Assembly: GCF_036365525.1 (NCBI RefSeq)
Contig: NC_090401.1
Span: 34,252,560-34,316,559, forward strand
Length of the DNA stretch: 64,000 bases
Direction: 5' to 3'
Source: Heterodontus francisci
Taxonomy: Eukaryota
The position numbers were made by a program, and so were the translations under genes. The notes under the pieces are model-generated. The model had not been told where the DNA came from, ran no database searches, and saw only the letters and a program-made list of their open reading frames with translations. Shown piece after piece: positions 35,611-49,212 of the stretch. Numbering within the stretch: position 1 is the first letter of the stretch; every line of letters starts with the position of its first letter.

Positions 35611-37641
35611 AGCAAATAAGACCCAGAGAGAACAAATATAATAGGGCAGAGGACAGGAGTGATTAAATGACAAGAGGGACATAATGTAAGGCAAAAGTGT
35701 GAGATATATTACCTGATCATATTAAACATTTGAAATTGAAAATGCAAAAATGTAAGCACATTGGATGGGCAGCAGTTTGCCATTTTCATTAATTTAATTA
35801 GAGAACAAGCTGCAGCTCAATTTAGAAACAAAACCAGTTGTTGGATGCACTTAGACACATTCATGATGGAGATGTATACTCTTCATTGAAAGAAAAGATG
35901 GGGTGGAGTCAAGAGAATGAAGGAGAAAGATAGGAGAGGTTGGTATCCAAGAGCTATTGAAGCTTTATGACTCTTGCTACGTGAAAGAAGAAACCAAAGT
36001 TTTTTTGTTGGTGCTAGATGAGGCAAAAAAATGTGAAACTCTGATAGGCCAGCTGCAAGATCAAGTGAGGTGGTGCTGCTGAAGACTGAAACCAAGAGCT
36101 TACATGTGACGGTGCATGATACAGAGGATAGATTACATGGAGCAGTGGGTAGAGGAGTGTTGAATGTCAGAGGAATCCGTGGTCATGGATGTGAAAGATG
36201 TGTGATATTTCAGCTTGAATCCACATGGAATGAGTTGGAGCTGGATACAGATCCTGAGAAATGTAGCATGCCTGTAAAAGTGGGTGTTAAAAAATACATG
36301 ATCAAAAGCAAGAAAAAAAAAGAGTCTACATAAAGGAGACTCCATAATTACAGCAAAGCAGAATAGAGTCTTTTTGAGGTATGCATTCCTGGAAGAAAAA
36401 TTGCTGTGAATTAAATAATTTAAGCAAAAAATTGCAGATGCTAGAAATCTGAAACAAAACCAGAAACTGCTGGAAACACTTAGCAGCGTAGTCAACATCT
36501 GTGAAAAGTACAGGCAAGCTAACTTTTCAGATGCAGACCCTTCATCAGAACATCTTTAATTATTTGTTTACCTCTCCTTAACACGCACACAACAACTTGC
36601 ATTTATGCAGCACCTGTAACATCAAAACTGTCCAAAGGTGCTTCACAGGCATGTTATCAAACCAAAAAATTGACAGTCAAAGACAGGTGACCGAAACCTT
36701 GGACAAGGATGTAGGCTTTAAGGAATGCAACGAAACAAGGGGGTTAAAGAGAGCAGAAGAGGAAAAAAAAAGGGAGATGGATGTAATAGACTCTGGCCTT
36801 AGTCCTGTTATGAGATATTTAGAATATCAGTGCATAATCAGCCGCAGCAAATGGGCAGTCTTCCATTTTATCCTCGTTTTTGTCATTTACAATTAATTCA
36901 AAATATTATTTATTAGTTATATTAAACGGCTGCTCAATGTGCAGAAAAAGTCAGTGGCATTCCCAATTTTGTCACAAAGCTAGTGAAAATTGAGATCCTA
37001 ATCTTGGGTTTCGCCTTTTGAAGGATAAAGATTTTCCAAATTTTAAAATACTATTTTTTAAGTAATAGAAATTTTGCTGTTTGTACCTAATTCCTGTCAG
37101 ACTTGCTACACAACATTCTATCTCACATGGATGTAACTCTGGATTTTAATTTTGAACTTTTTTTTTTAAATGTAGCATTTCTATACTTAACATTATGCTT
37201 AGCTTTCAGTCCTCCCAGAGATGGTTTGATGCTGTGGCACTGTACAACACAGCACTAACATCTAAATTTTTGTCATGTTATCTTCCATTCCCCGTAGCAC
37301 TGTTCACCCTATGATCTAGCCTCTGATCCCTGTTTATTCAGCAACCCCCCCCCCCCCCCCCCCCCCAAAACCAGCTCCTATTTTGGTGTGTTTTTTTAAA
37401 CTGTTAGAGAGGGCGATGGGGACACGGGTATGACGGTGCAGGGCAGAGAAGAGGAATAGAGACTGCAGAAGAGAACCCTATTGCATCCTTTAAATTCATG
37501 ATCATTGTTTTGTCATGTCTCTGCCAGTCTTTTCCACCTTTCAACCTGCACCCCATTCCCTTGTCCTCCTACCCTTTGGTGTCATGGATATTGTAATATA
37601 AATAATGGTGAGGCTAACCGTGCAACACTCACTGATAATTA

Positions 37642-38279
37642 GGTGGATATTGGGCAGCAATTTCCAGCAACCGCACATGCACAGTTAAATGTAGAAATCA
37701 GGAAGTTGCTCTCAAAGATGTCCTCCTCCAAAAGCCATGCGATTACAGTGTCTCACCTTAAGACTCAGCATTCAATACACTGAACAGTGTGAAGATGCTG
37801 TACTTTCCTGATATATAAGCCTTTCTACTCTAATATAAGTATCCTTTTAATTGTGTGATAAGTTTTAATTACTACCAAACAACACCTCTAGCACTGTAAA
37901 TTAACTTTTACAAGTTAAAAATGGAGTTTCATTCCTTCAGATTTTAATTGTTGGAGACTTGAAAAAATTTAATTTATACAATGCACTTTCTGTCTCTGTT
38001 GTTTCTCTCTCAATCCAATCTTTTTCCTCTCTTTCGCATTTTTACCTAATTTGACATTGAATTCAATAGTCTAACTGCAACTTTCTGGTTCAACTCTGCT
38101 CAATAGCGATCCTTCAATCTGGTTGAGGAGATGCACAGTTTCTTTCCCTGTTCACACAGGTCCCAGATGTCCTGCAGAGGGTACTATGTCTTTGGATAGC
38201 TAGCTAACAGGAACTTCCAGTGCAAAGTGCAATGAATGGTTGGTGCTGTTTGTTCACAGCTGACTCCAAAATCCAGCCC
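37642..38279. mobile_element. Probable non-autonomous Harbinger-type MITE relic
   Basis: Imperfect terminal inverted repeats ggtggatattggg / ccaaaatccagccc. Confidence 0.35.
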
Positions 38280-39649
38280 ATTATCATCTGTATCGTGTAT
38301 CTTGTTTAGGCAGCATAAGTTAAAACAGCACAAAAAAGAGCAAAACTCAGAAGTTTTTTTTAATCAGTCAAAAAAATAGATCATCTGCCAATATATCTCA
38401 CATGTGCCACATAGCAAATATACTTAAAGTTGTCTCCAAAAATCTATTCCTGCAGGAGGAATTTTACCTAGATATTTGCAGTAGAATTGCTATGGCAATA
38501 TTTTTTGTTACGAAAAGAAATTCAGTATTGGAGGATGGAGGAATAGAGGTAGGTTTTGCATAGTCACAGCTCCTCCAGGTCAGTTATTTTCAATATGCAG
38601 TATCTCAAAGGAGTCACTGCATTCCCACTTTGTACAGCCTGACCCAGTTTCCTTTGGAGAATGTGGCACGACGACAGATGCAATGGACCATTAGTCGCAT
38701 TTCCCTTTATCTAACCCTTTTTGACTGCAGAAGTTGATGAAGCCATTAAACCTGAGATACAGTATGTCAAAAATGAAGATATTCTGTAAAAAGTTTAAAT
38801 ATATATGTGTAATCAGCTCCTATCAACTATCTGCAATTCCAATCTGTACTCAGTCTATTTTGTGTTGGGACTTTGCAGTACCCTACTGAAGCTGAACATT
38901 TTTGATCTGCTTCTCAGTTTCTGATGGTTCGAGACCATTTTCAGTTATTTAATAGCTTGGCTCGAGGACTGTCAAAACTTGTCTAGTGAGGTCAAGGAAG
39001 TGACATCAATTTTTAATTGCACACAATATTAAATATCTAATTTTTCTATTATGATAGAAGCAGAAGCACATTTCATTATTATTGAGTGACTTTTTACTTG
39101 AAACAGTTAAGATACACCATACACGAATTTATTTTTCTTTCTTTGTTTAAATGAAGCTGATCATCAAAGAATATAGTTATTTTTCAATATTCAGAATTGG
39201 GAATATATACAAAATAATTTTAGAAAATATAGAGTAAGCATTGTATTCTATTTTAGAAACTATGAAGGAAAATCAATGTTCAAGCAACCAGTACAATTTA
39301 ACCTTCATGTCTTGTTTGAACTGCATAACAAAAAGCTGCCAATGTGGGCAAGTAACTGAATTGAAATAATTTTAATTGTAACTTTCTAATTCTGTATTTT
39401 ATTGATATCATTATAACTATAAGTTAAGTTGAAAATTATAAATTTGAAGTAAATAGTTTTTTTTATTAACCATCATTTCCAAATAAACACTACAGTCATA
39501 GCTGTCACACAGGTATTTGACTTCAACTTATATTGAGTATTAATGCTGGACAATGTGCATCTGGGAGTACAGTAATTAATATTTAAATTTAAGTCTCTGC
39601 AATTCCATTCAGGATAGCAGCGTTGAGTAAATATTTATCTCGACACCCT

Positions 39650-40376
39650 GTGAGGCTGATGTAGTTTCATTTATTCTGCAGCATGCCAATGACTTTTTCT
39701 TGGCGTGACGCAGCTGTCTGCTCTTGCTGCTGGGACTGCGGCATCATTGAGTTAGCATATGAATACGGCGCAAGTGTGGTGCACAAATTAACCCGTTTGG
39801 GAGTGGTTTGTTACAGCTTGAAATAATTTTGTTTCTGTTTACAGATATCAGAGTAATTCTGTGAGCTTTGTTTCAGTAGCATTAAGCGTACATCTATGGA
39901 AGTGACAATAATACATGTTTGTGTGGTGCACAGAGGAAAGACTAGGTTAAAATCCTGCTGTGGAAATTTGACTGTGAGATTAATGGTTAAGGAATGCTGT
40001 TACAAGATTTTTGTACTTCCTTTTAACCCAAATTACCAGTGTTCTTAAGTGTCGCTTTCCGGAGGTATTTTGAATTGTCCGTCGTGGGATAGTAAGGAGA
40101 GAGCGATCATTCTGACCTGGCAACTAGAAAAAATGTCAGCCAATCAAAGATCAGTTTGTTTTAGGTTAAGTGGTTTGAACTGCCGTGACATGCATTGGAT
40201 TACTGTACTATCTGAGACAGTACCTTAAGGCTGTGTAATACTCTTGAGTTATAATTTTAAATTGCCGTTTGGATTCTCCTGGGGAGAGGTGGAACTTTTC
40301 TGATCGCAAATGAGCTCATATGCGGCTATGTGAGGAATGATGCCAGTGCAGTAGCTTATATTTTAATGCTGACACA
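39650..40376 (+). promoter_or_regulatory. Putative internal promoter and 5' UTR of the MACF1a3-type isoform
   Basis: Repeat-free and relatively CpG-retaining, upstream of the alternative first exon. CRE-like gcgtgacgca (~39703) and CCAAT (40141). The TSS cannot be determined. Confidence 0.35.
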
Positions 40377-41558
40377 ATGGGGAGCTCTTTAGGATGTGTT
40401 CGAGAGCTGCAAGAAACTGCAGAAGCTGATCAGCGAAAATCTCCCCTCACGCCACGGAAAAAAAACAGATTTAAACGCATAAGAAAAAACAAGAAAGCTG
40501 CTTCACGTTCTAGAGATGCTGCAAGAGCTGAGAAAACCTTGCCTGAAAAATCATTTCAGTTGGTGACACTGCAGAAAAAAGGTGAGACTGTTTTAAATGA
40601 GACACATTTTTCTTTGGATATTACAGTGGGAAAATTGTCAACGGAGACAGACGCCGATCTTAAAACCCTTTCAGATGTGTTACAAGAGCCTGTGCATCTC
40701 AGTAATTCAGCAAATTTTATTACTAAGACTGTAATCACTCCAGGGAAATCAGTAGATGGAAATGTTGAAGATGGTGGAGCGAGTGCACAGCAGGTGCTTT
40801 CAGTTGAAGCTGAAATGAAACCAGTCGGTGAACATCTGGAAATATTTGGGCAAGAAATACCTTTACCTGATCAAATTTCATCAAGGAAGGAACTCTGTGA
40901 CAGAGGTGTAAAGCTTTCAGAAGCTGAAGTGAAAGGAGATTTGAGATCTCTGCCCTTCCCAGTTTCTGGAGAGGAGAACCAAACTCTGCATTTAAAAGGA
41001 TATACAGCAGTAAGCAGTGGAAGAATTGAGAATATCACTGCTGCTGCTCCTGCCAGCTTTGACTTCAATAAAATAAAAGGTGCTGTTGAAAATCCTACAT
41101 CATCCAGAGAGACAGCAGTGAAGAAACTGCAGCTTGAGTGGGAGGGGAACAACTCGATGAAGTTCGATGCATTTGATAAGCTGTTTATACCTTTACATAC
41201 AGAACACACATATGGGGTGAACAGTCCGTCATCACTGTACAGGGAAACTGAAACTCTTGACGAGGAGATAAAGTTATTTAGAATGGAAACTGATTTGTCA
41301 CCTTTGCAGAGTGACTTCACTTTAAATACAGAGCTCCAGACAAATAACACTCTGTACTCCTCTGGTTACTGCAGTAATTTGCAATCTACAGATATAAACA
41401 TTAGCGAATCTGGAAGAACGAGAAGCAGAGATTTTGAGCTGCACTGCTGTATGCCTGATAGAAGCAGCTTGTCCATTTCGGAAAATGAGTTTGGATTATT
41501 GATAAATAGTGACGATGAAGATAATTTAGAGCCGATCTCCCTTCTAGACCAGGAAATG
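40377..41558 (+). CDS. MACF1: MACF1 alternative first coding exon (isoform a3/ACF7-3 type; 394 aa, lacks CH1)
   Basis: MGSSLGCVRE...SPLTPRKKNRFKR resembles the mammalian MACF1a3 N-terminus MGNSLGCVKE...PISPKKRVRFKR (recalled). Donor GAA ATG|gttagt at 41559 is phase 0 and compatible with the CH2 exon at 50029. Confidence 0.85.
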
Positions 41559-44417
41559 GTTAGTGTCAGGTTACTTTGATAAACCTGCTTCTCCACATTA
41601 ATGATCATTATCGAAAAAGTGTCCAAAAATGTTTCTAATATGCATGTTGGGGCACAAAAGAACATTGGAGTGCCAGTAATTTAAAATGTTCAACAGTCTT
41701 CAGATGCCTTTGCTTTCCTGCAAGCAGCTTGTAAACAGCACCCTCAAATTTCACATAGGTAACTACTTCCTGAAAGCTGCAAACATTATTGGGATAGCAC
41801 TTGTTTACTTAAAATAAGAACTGTGTCTAATTAGTACCTGCCTGTAGACTACCTCCATGCTCTTATTTTAAAATTAATTTGTTTTCAGCAATTCTATTTA
41901 AGGTCTGCTCTGTGAGGCCTTGATTCTAGCTATTTGCTAAAGTGCCAAGTGGAGCAGATGCAATGAAATGACAGGACAACTAACCACTCCATAGCAATGG
42001 ACCCAGTAGGGTCAGTTGTGACTTTTGGGCGCCTGACCAGCAGAACATACTGGCTGAACCTCAATACCTGTGCTGAAGAGGCTACTGTGATTTTGAGACT
42101 CTGGCTTCATTTAATCTGGGCTGCGAGCTGTGGTGTGCAAACCGATGTCCCACTGCAGCTCACCTGATCAAGGCTGATCAATATCGGGCTTCCTCCAGCT
42201 GACAGCTAATTGAGGGAGGGCTCAATTGTGGGGAGGGGGGAGGTGATGGGGTTAGAGATCCCTGGGCAGCAGCTCCTTCGGGCTCCACAAACATAATTCA
42301 TAAGTCACCTTTGCTGGTCCTGTTCAGTCCTATCAATTGTGAAATTGGTAAGAGCCTGCACGGTCATACTGGTTTAGACTTAAATTGGTAATTGAGGTCC
42401 TATTGCTCAGATTTGCTTATTGAAAGAAGCCAATTGCCTGAAACAGGTGGGCGCTTAGGGTGCCCACCAGTAGACTGTTGTGAAAATTGCAACTGGCTGC
42501 ATCATCTGTGTTAATGGGGCAATAAGACTGCTGACTCAATTTTGAAGTAGTTATTGCCCTGTTAGCACCAGGCATAGCAAGTGATAGTCAACTCCAGTGT
42601 TTATTGCCTCCTGCTAACTGCCCATAAACCAAGTTTTATTGCATACTTTTTTGTTTGGCCAACTACTTTCGAATTCCTTTGCTGGACCTCATTCCAGTGT
42701 GTCCTTTCCACTTTGTGTTGCAGCAAGTGACCAGTTACTGAGGTCCACCGTTGAATGTGGTAAATAGAAACAATTTTATGCAAAGCAGTTGAAAACTAAG
42801 ATCCTCTTTTTAAGATGGTCCTTAAAACCTACCTGTGTGACCAAGCTTTAGTGAGCCACTCCTGTGAAGTGGCTTGGGATGTTGTATTATGTTAGGAATG
42901 CTACATCAAATATTTTATACAATAAATTGGATTTAAGTTTGCCTGTTAATGTTTCTAATGTTGGCCAATCAGTACAGTTCTATGTAGCCTGCTGCTTGGT
43001 CCCACTATAACGGCACAAAACAAATTAAAATATAGGTTAAATCTTTGAAGGTAATTAGCAAAAGAACCAGAGGGAAGATGAGAATTATTCTTGCATACTG
43101 AGTTATGATGATCTGCCTGAAAGAGTGGTGGAAGAGGATTCAGTAGTAACTTTCAAAAGGAATTTGGATAAAGACTGGAGGAGAAAATTTACAGCTCTAT
43201 GGGGAAGGAGCAGGGGGGTGGAACTAATTGGTTATTCTTTCAAAGAGCTGGCACAGGCCTGATGGGCTAAGTGGCCTCTTGTGCTCTATAGTTTTATGAA
43301 TCTGAGATTTTGCTGCATCTGACATAAAATGTTCCAATAACTTAAGTTGATTTGGGCTGATACTATTGAAGGTTGTAATGACATTGATGTTCATGATATT
43401 GCTGAATGGATATGTACGGCAGTTCCTGTGAAATAAGCAGTCATCAGGAGCTACAGGTATGTACCCTAACATAGACTGAATGGATTGGATATTAATTGAA
43501 CTTCTAGGAAACTTGCGCATTTTAAAGATCCTTCCAAAAAAAAACATTTACATTTTTAGGTTTCAAAAACCAATGAGAGAAAAACTGACCAATGCCTTCA
43601 TCTAATTCAACATTTTAAAATCCCCAGGTAACAAATCCAACAAAATTGGTTTTACAGGATACAACAAAAACTGCAAAGCTGACAAAATAATTCAGTGTCC
43701 TTTGCTTTAAGTACAAATCTTCCCAGATGTAATTTTTTAAAAACTCCAGTAATAGAAATGGAGTCCTTTTGTCCTCAAGGCAAACTAATCAAATCTGCGC
43801 ACCATAATGATTTTGGTATACTTTTTAGCATTTCCTGGTAAATTTAGCAGCAAGAAGTCTTGTATCTGACCTTTTCAAATACACTTGTCAAGTCAAATTA
43901 GGACTACTGAGCAGCAACTTAATAGATTTATTGTTGCAGCGATTGGTAAACCACCTCCTTATGCATTATATGTGAAATTTACAAAACAGAATTGCTTCTT
44001 GGATTGGGTTAGTGGCAATACTTTGGAATTTGTTTCACAGAAGATGAATACAATGACTAATTAGAGAGTTGTCACAAATGTTATTCTGTAGAATATTGAA
44101 TTTGTGTTTAGCATGTTTTCTTGTTTCTCTCTGGGCGGAATCTTGTGAACATTGGTCCCGCTGTTCCAGCAGGGATTTTGTTGGGTTGGGAACCCAATTA
44201 ACTAATTAGTGCACCTTGCCATTGCTGTTTCCCAGAGCAATGAAAGTATCATCCCGCCTCTTGGTTGTTTGACCCATCAGGGAGGACAGGTGGGATGACA
44301 TGCCTAACCAAGCAGTGAAGGATCTCTACTTAAAGGGACCCTGGCAGGATTCTATAATGCAGCAATGATTGTGGTATGCAGGATACCAGCGGGAAGGAGC
44401 AGAGATCTGCAGAATAG

Positions 44418-46080
44418 ATGGAAGATGTGGAAAGGCTGCCCCTAGTTCACAGACTCATCCCTGGACATGATGATTGATGCAGTGAGAGCACAAAGAGGGT
44501 GACCGAAAGAGACGAGCCAGCTTCAACAAGCAGATGTGGCTGCAAGTCGCAGAGGCTGTCAGCAGCCCAAGTGTGGTGCCAAGGACGTGAATCCAGTGCC
44601 AGAAAAGGTTTAATGGCCTCATTAGGTCTGGCAAGGTAAGTGTCCTGCAATTCTCAGCTGGCAGCATCACACTCTCACCTCCCTAGCATTTGTACAGCAT
44701 TTCTCTGACAAACACACCTTCCTGAAACATGCTTCTTTCTCTCCAGCCTCCCCCTAATATCTCGATCTCAAGCAACATTCACCTATTGTCCTCTTGCACC
44801 CATTCCTCACAGTCACCCTATTCAAATGTTTACCCTCAATCATCAACAATCAGTTCACTTTTCACACTCCTAACTCTGCCTTTTCTCACTGCAGGCGAAG
44901 AGAGACCACAACTACAGGGAGAGGCAGAGAACTGGAGCTGCAGCCATGGCCACCCTGATTGCAGTGGAGTCGGAAGTCTTGGAGATCAGCAGGGTGGCAC
45001 CAGTACATCCATTGCTGATGGAAAGATGGGACAGAGAGGTGGCCCAGAGACCTGGGGACAGCATTAGATATCACATTGCCACTTGGCACTTCACTGTCAC
45101 TCATGTATCAGCATCAATTGAATATTAAATATCATGATCTGCACAATGCTAACTCGGAACTCAGTTTCACATATGTTTAGCATGAACTCATGTATGTCAT
45201 CAGGTGTATTGACGGTGCTGACAGACAAATCCGGGGAGTCCTTAGAGGAAGACCAGCACTCTGAGGGTGCATCATCACTCAACTCCTGTGCAACTTCCAC
45301 AAGTGCAAATACACACATGCTGGTGGGTCCAGCATCTTCGATGGATCATGTGACACATGGTGATAAGCACATAACATGTGAGCAGGTGCTGGAAACAGGG
45401 GCAACAGTGGAGAGGGGGTGGGACATTTCAAGCTCAGCTCAGCTGGACACAGATGCTATGCCTTGGGGATCATGCACTAAAAGAGCGCTTGTAGAGCAGC
45501 AAAGCGAAATGTGTGTGCTTCTGTCACAATTTCCAGAGGTAGTGTACACCCTTGCACAGAAAATGGAGGAGTCCATCTCTAGTACGAGTGTCATAATGTC
45601 TGAAGCGTTTGCACTGATAGCCATAGAAAGAGTGGCCGACCTCATGAACAATCAGACTCGGCAGGCCACTGAATACGTGCTGGTCCACATCAGGGGCTTG
45701 CACACTCTGGCTGCCAGTTTACATAACATTGAACAATGCCTCACCGCACTGACGTGAAGCCAAGTGCTTTCCTGCTCTTCCTTAGCAGGGAAGTGCAAAT
45801 GTGCCCCGCGAAGGAAAATGCAGGAAGGGCTCATGGCAGTGGGGCTTTTCTCAAGGCACCCCTACTTCTCTGCCCTTGCTCTCCCTCCCACCTCCCCCCA
45901 CTGACAGCCGCATACGCTGCCTACTGCCTCGATGACCAGGTTTGCCCCTGCACAGATACAGGTGGGTTGTGTCCCTCTCAGGCTGCAAAACCCAGAGGGT
46001 GTCTGCCACAGGCATCCCGTGAGAGCAGAGGAACGAGCAGCTTGCCTCGAGCTCTGTTGAAAGCAAGGGGTAGCACCATG
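44418..46080 (+). pseudogene. Harbinger Myb/SANT-like DNA-binding protein, spliced
   Basis: KQMWLQVAEAVSSPSVVPRT*IQCQKRFNGLIRSGK|gtaagt (44636), then ctgcag|AKRDHNYRERQRTG (44895). Later exon in ORF 45134-45757. Confidence 0.7.
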
Positions 46081-46479
46081 TAGAAGTAATAGAAAGTGTA
46101 CAAGAAAAATGTCTTCATTGTACAAAGGGATTCACTTGTGAATCAAAGGGATTGTGACATTATTAGTTTTCATTAATGCTCTTTAATGAGTTTATGTAAA
46201 CTACTCATTTTCATGGCCTTTACTTTGTCGCATCCCCCATTGATGCTGGTCAGTTTCATCTAGGTGAATGGAATGAGCAGCCTGGATGAGGAGCAACGGC
46301 TGTGATTGTGATGGTTGTCTGGGTGACCGTAGAAAGAAGGTTTGGTGGTGGTGGGCGCAGGGAGGAGGGTTTGCACAGGGGTCTTGATGGAAGTGAAGCG
46401 TGCCTGGATGGGGGTTTCACAGGCTTTTCTGGTGGTCAGGTCTGCGCCTGCAGGCACCAACGGCGCATCCAGATGCTGC

Positions 46480-47520
46480 TCCTCCCTGTCCTCTGAGGAT
46501 ACAGGGCAATCTCCACCTTTCTCTTGTGCCAGTTCCAGTCATCTCTGCACCCATGTTGTTAACTTGCTGAGGCACATTGAAAGGGCCTTAAGATCTGTAA
46601 AGGTAGTGAAACCTCATTTTGAGCAAGCCAATGGTTTGCTTTGTTATCGCCCTGGTGGTGACATGGCTCCAGTTGTACTCTCCTATGCTTCTGTGGTTGG
46701 GTTCCTCACTAGTGTAATCAGCCAGATCTTGAATGGGTATCCCTTGTCTCCCAAGAGCCAACCACTGAGGCTGTCTGCTGAATAAAACACCTATGGGACT
46801 TGAGACTGCTGAAGGATGAAAGAGTCATGGCAGCTCCCTGCATTGCATACCTTACGCATTTTGCATTATGTTCTTTCAGTGGTCACAGACCAGGTGCATA
46901 TTAAGAGAGTGGAATCCCTTCCAATTAACCAAGATACCTGGCTAATATGGTCCCTTGATTGCCATATGAATACAGACTATGACCATCTGGATATGTGGAA
47001 ATCCTGCGAGAGTTGCAAAGCCGACAGTCCTCTGGGTTTGACTGACCTCATCTGTCTCAAAGTAAATATCGTTGGAGGCCTTCGCATACAAGGCATCGGT
47101 GACCTGGGCGATACAGTTGTGGGCTGCTGATTGTAAGATTCTACAGATGTCACCAGCTGATCCTGGGAAGGGCCTGGACATGAGGAAATTGAGGGCTGTG
47201 GTCACTTTGACAGCCACAGGTGGTGCGTGGGCACCTCTTTTTAGCGGAGGTCTGCTTCCAAGAGGCTGCATCTGTCTGCGATCACTTGCTGCAAGAGCCT
47301 GAGCCTTCTACGGCACTGTTGTTCGGAGAAGTGGTGGAAACTGACCGTTGGCCTATACACGCTATGCTGGGGCTGTCGCCTCCTTCACAGTTTAGCCCAT
47401 TGTCTATCCCCTCAGTACAGCTGTTGGGCTGCTGCTGGAGTTGCTGCTGCTGGAGTTGCTGCTCCTATCGCTGTGGCTGCTGGGCTGGTGCAAGCTGCAC
47501 CACCACCTCAGAGCTCCATG
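46480..47520 (-). pseudogene. Harbinger/HARBI1-like DDE transposase
   Basis: KVTTALNF...[54 protein letters not shown]; contains frameshifts and stops. Confidence 0.85.
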
Positions 47521-48629
47521 AAACTACAGAATATGTAGCCCCAATATTGCAGGAAGCCTCTTGGGCAAGATGTTGAGATTGACCTCAGTGGAATCCAAGG
47601 CGCTTGAAAGTAACTGGACAAAGTTGCTGATCACAAAGAAATCAATGAATTTAGTATGAAAGAACTTCTCCTGTTAGCGCTAGTCTTTCACTGTGACCGA
47701 CCACAGGCGTGCCAATTTCAGCTTTGATTGCTGTTGCTATTGGGTCAGTTTCGCTCAGAGTTCCTACTGTGCACTCACCTCCAACCTGGCGAGGTGCAGA
47801 AACAGCATGGAACCCATGTGCTGGGTGGGAAAAAACAAATTCAGGGTTGAAAAGGCTCTTAATTCCCTTTTTAATTGGCTTAATTACGCTCCCACTGCAC
47901 CCAAAGCGTCTGCTGGCCTCTGAGCCCTGCCCAGGGAAAGCCAGTAGAGTGCGTGATGACGTTGGGATCCCAAACTAATGTCAATGTCAGGCGATTTAAC
48001 TTTCCGCACGCACCAAAAGTCGCCTTCACTTGGCTGGAAAAATTCCCCCTCTGTCTCTGTGACCGTTTCCAGGATTGCAACCCAAAGAATTCTGAGTTCC
48101 TCAAATTCTCCTGTACATCTCTGACTTCCTACGCTTATTTAACTATCTGTCTGTCCGTCCCTTTTTGTTTTACTTATTTCAGCAAATGGTCTCTCCTGCC
48201 TTCACAATTCTGGTGAACAATCCCACTGGAAACAGTAACTTGTATTTTCCTTTCAAATGGTGATTTTGTGCATTTCCAGAATTTTTGGTTTTTATTTTGG
48301 AGTTCCAGCTTTCCTTTTTATCAAACTTAAAAGAACCATTGGCAATGTAGTGTGGTTTATTATCTTAACAAATGTTTTTCCTACAATTCTGCTTGGTAGC
48401 TCCAGTTCTGATTAGAATCTGACAAACTATCTCCAGTTATTGTATTCAGTCTTTGTACTCCAGTCTTTGTATTCCATTGGCTCGTTAGGTGCTATTAATG
48501 TAACAGGAGTAGAGTAATTTGTAACAATACAATTATGGATACTTGAATTATGGAGATGATTTCGCTATGAAACTATTTACCAGGTTTGATATGTGTTTCT
48601 GGGTTCGCATTAACTCACTTTAAATATAG

Positions 48630-49212
48630 GTGCCTCAGCTCATGTGTTGCTGAAAGTCTAACCCATGCCTTTGTTACCTCTAGACATGACTATCCCACTG
48701 CACCTTTGGCCAGCCTCCGACGTTCTACCCTCTGTAAACTTGAAGCCATCCAAAATTCTGCTACCAGTGTCCTACCTTGCGCTGGGCCTCGTTCTCCCAT
48801 CACCCCTGTGTTTGCTAACTTACATTGGCTCTCAGTTAAGCAATGCCTCAATTTTAAAATTCTCATCTTTGCTTTCAAATCCTTTCATGGCTTCGCCCCC
48901 CCTCGTTCTATAATCTCCTCCAGCCCCACAACCCTCCTGAGGTATCTGCGTTCATCTAATTCTAGCCTCTTTAGCATCTCAATTTTAATTGCTCCACCAC
49001 TGGTGACTGTGCCTTCAGCTCCCAAAGCTCCTGAGCTCTGGAATGACCTCCCTAAAACCCTTTTCCCCTCTCTCCTTTTAAGAAGCTCTTTAAAACCTAC
49101 CTCTTTGACCAAGGTTTTTGTCATCTGCCCTAATATCTCCTTGATAACGCTCCAGTGAAGTGCCTTCGGATGCTTTATTATACTAAAGGTGCTATATCAA
49201 TTCAAGTTGTTG
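48630..49212 (+). mobile_element. L2 LINE 3' end
   Basis: AESLTHAFVTSRHDY...LEAIQNSA...LHWLSV...FKILI...APELWNDLP, with tail gtgaagtgccttcggatg...gctatatcaattcaagttgttg. Confidence 0.85.

Larger units (their letters stand above)
44133..48049. mobile_element. PIF/Harbinger DNA transposon with convergent Myb/SANT gene and transposase gene (decayed)
   Basis: Imperfect TIRs gggcggaatctt / ggaaaaattccccc, 3-bp TSD tct, and both Harbinger gene types present. Confidence 0.8.

Noticed and set aside
35027-37366. Poly-C runs (35027, 37345, also 14674) as functional G-quadruplex elements
   Set aside because: They are simple homopolymers of variable length (the LTR copies differ), with no supporting context.
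40377-41579. 400-aa ORF as an independent intronless novel gene
   Set aside because: It has a phase-compatible donor 6 codons before the stop and an N-terminus like MACF1a3.
46480-47520. Domesticated HARBI1 gene
   Set aside because: It has frameshifts and stops, flanking TIRs/TSD and a partner Myb gene, so it is a transposon fossil.
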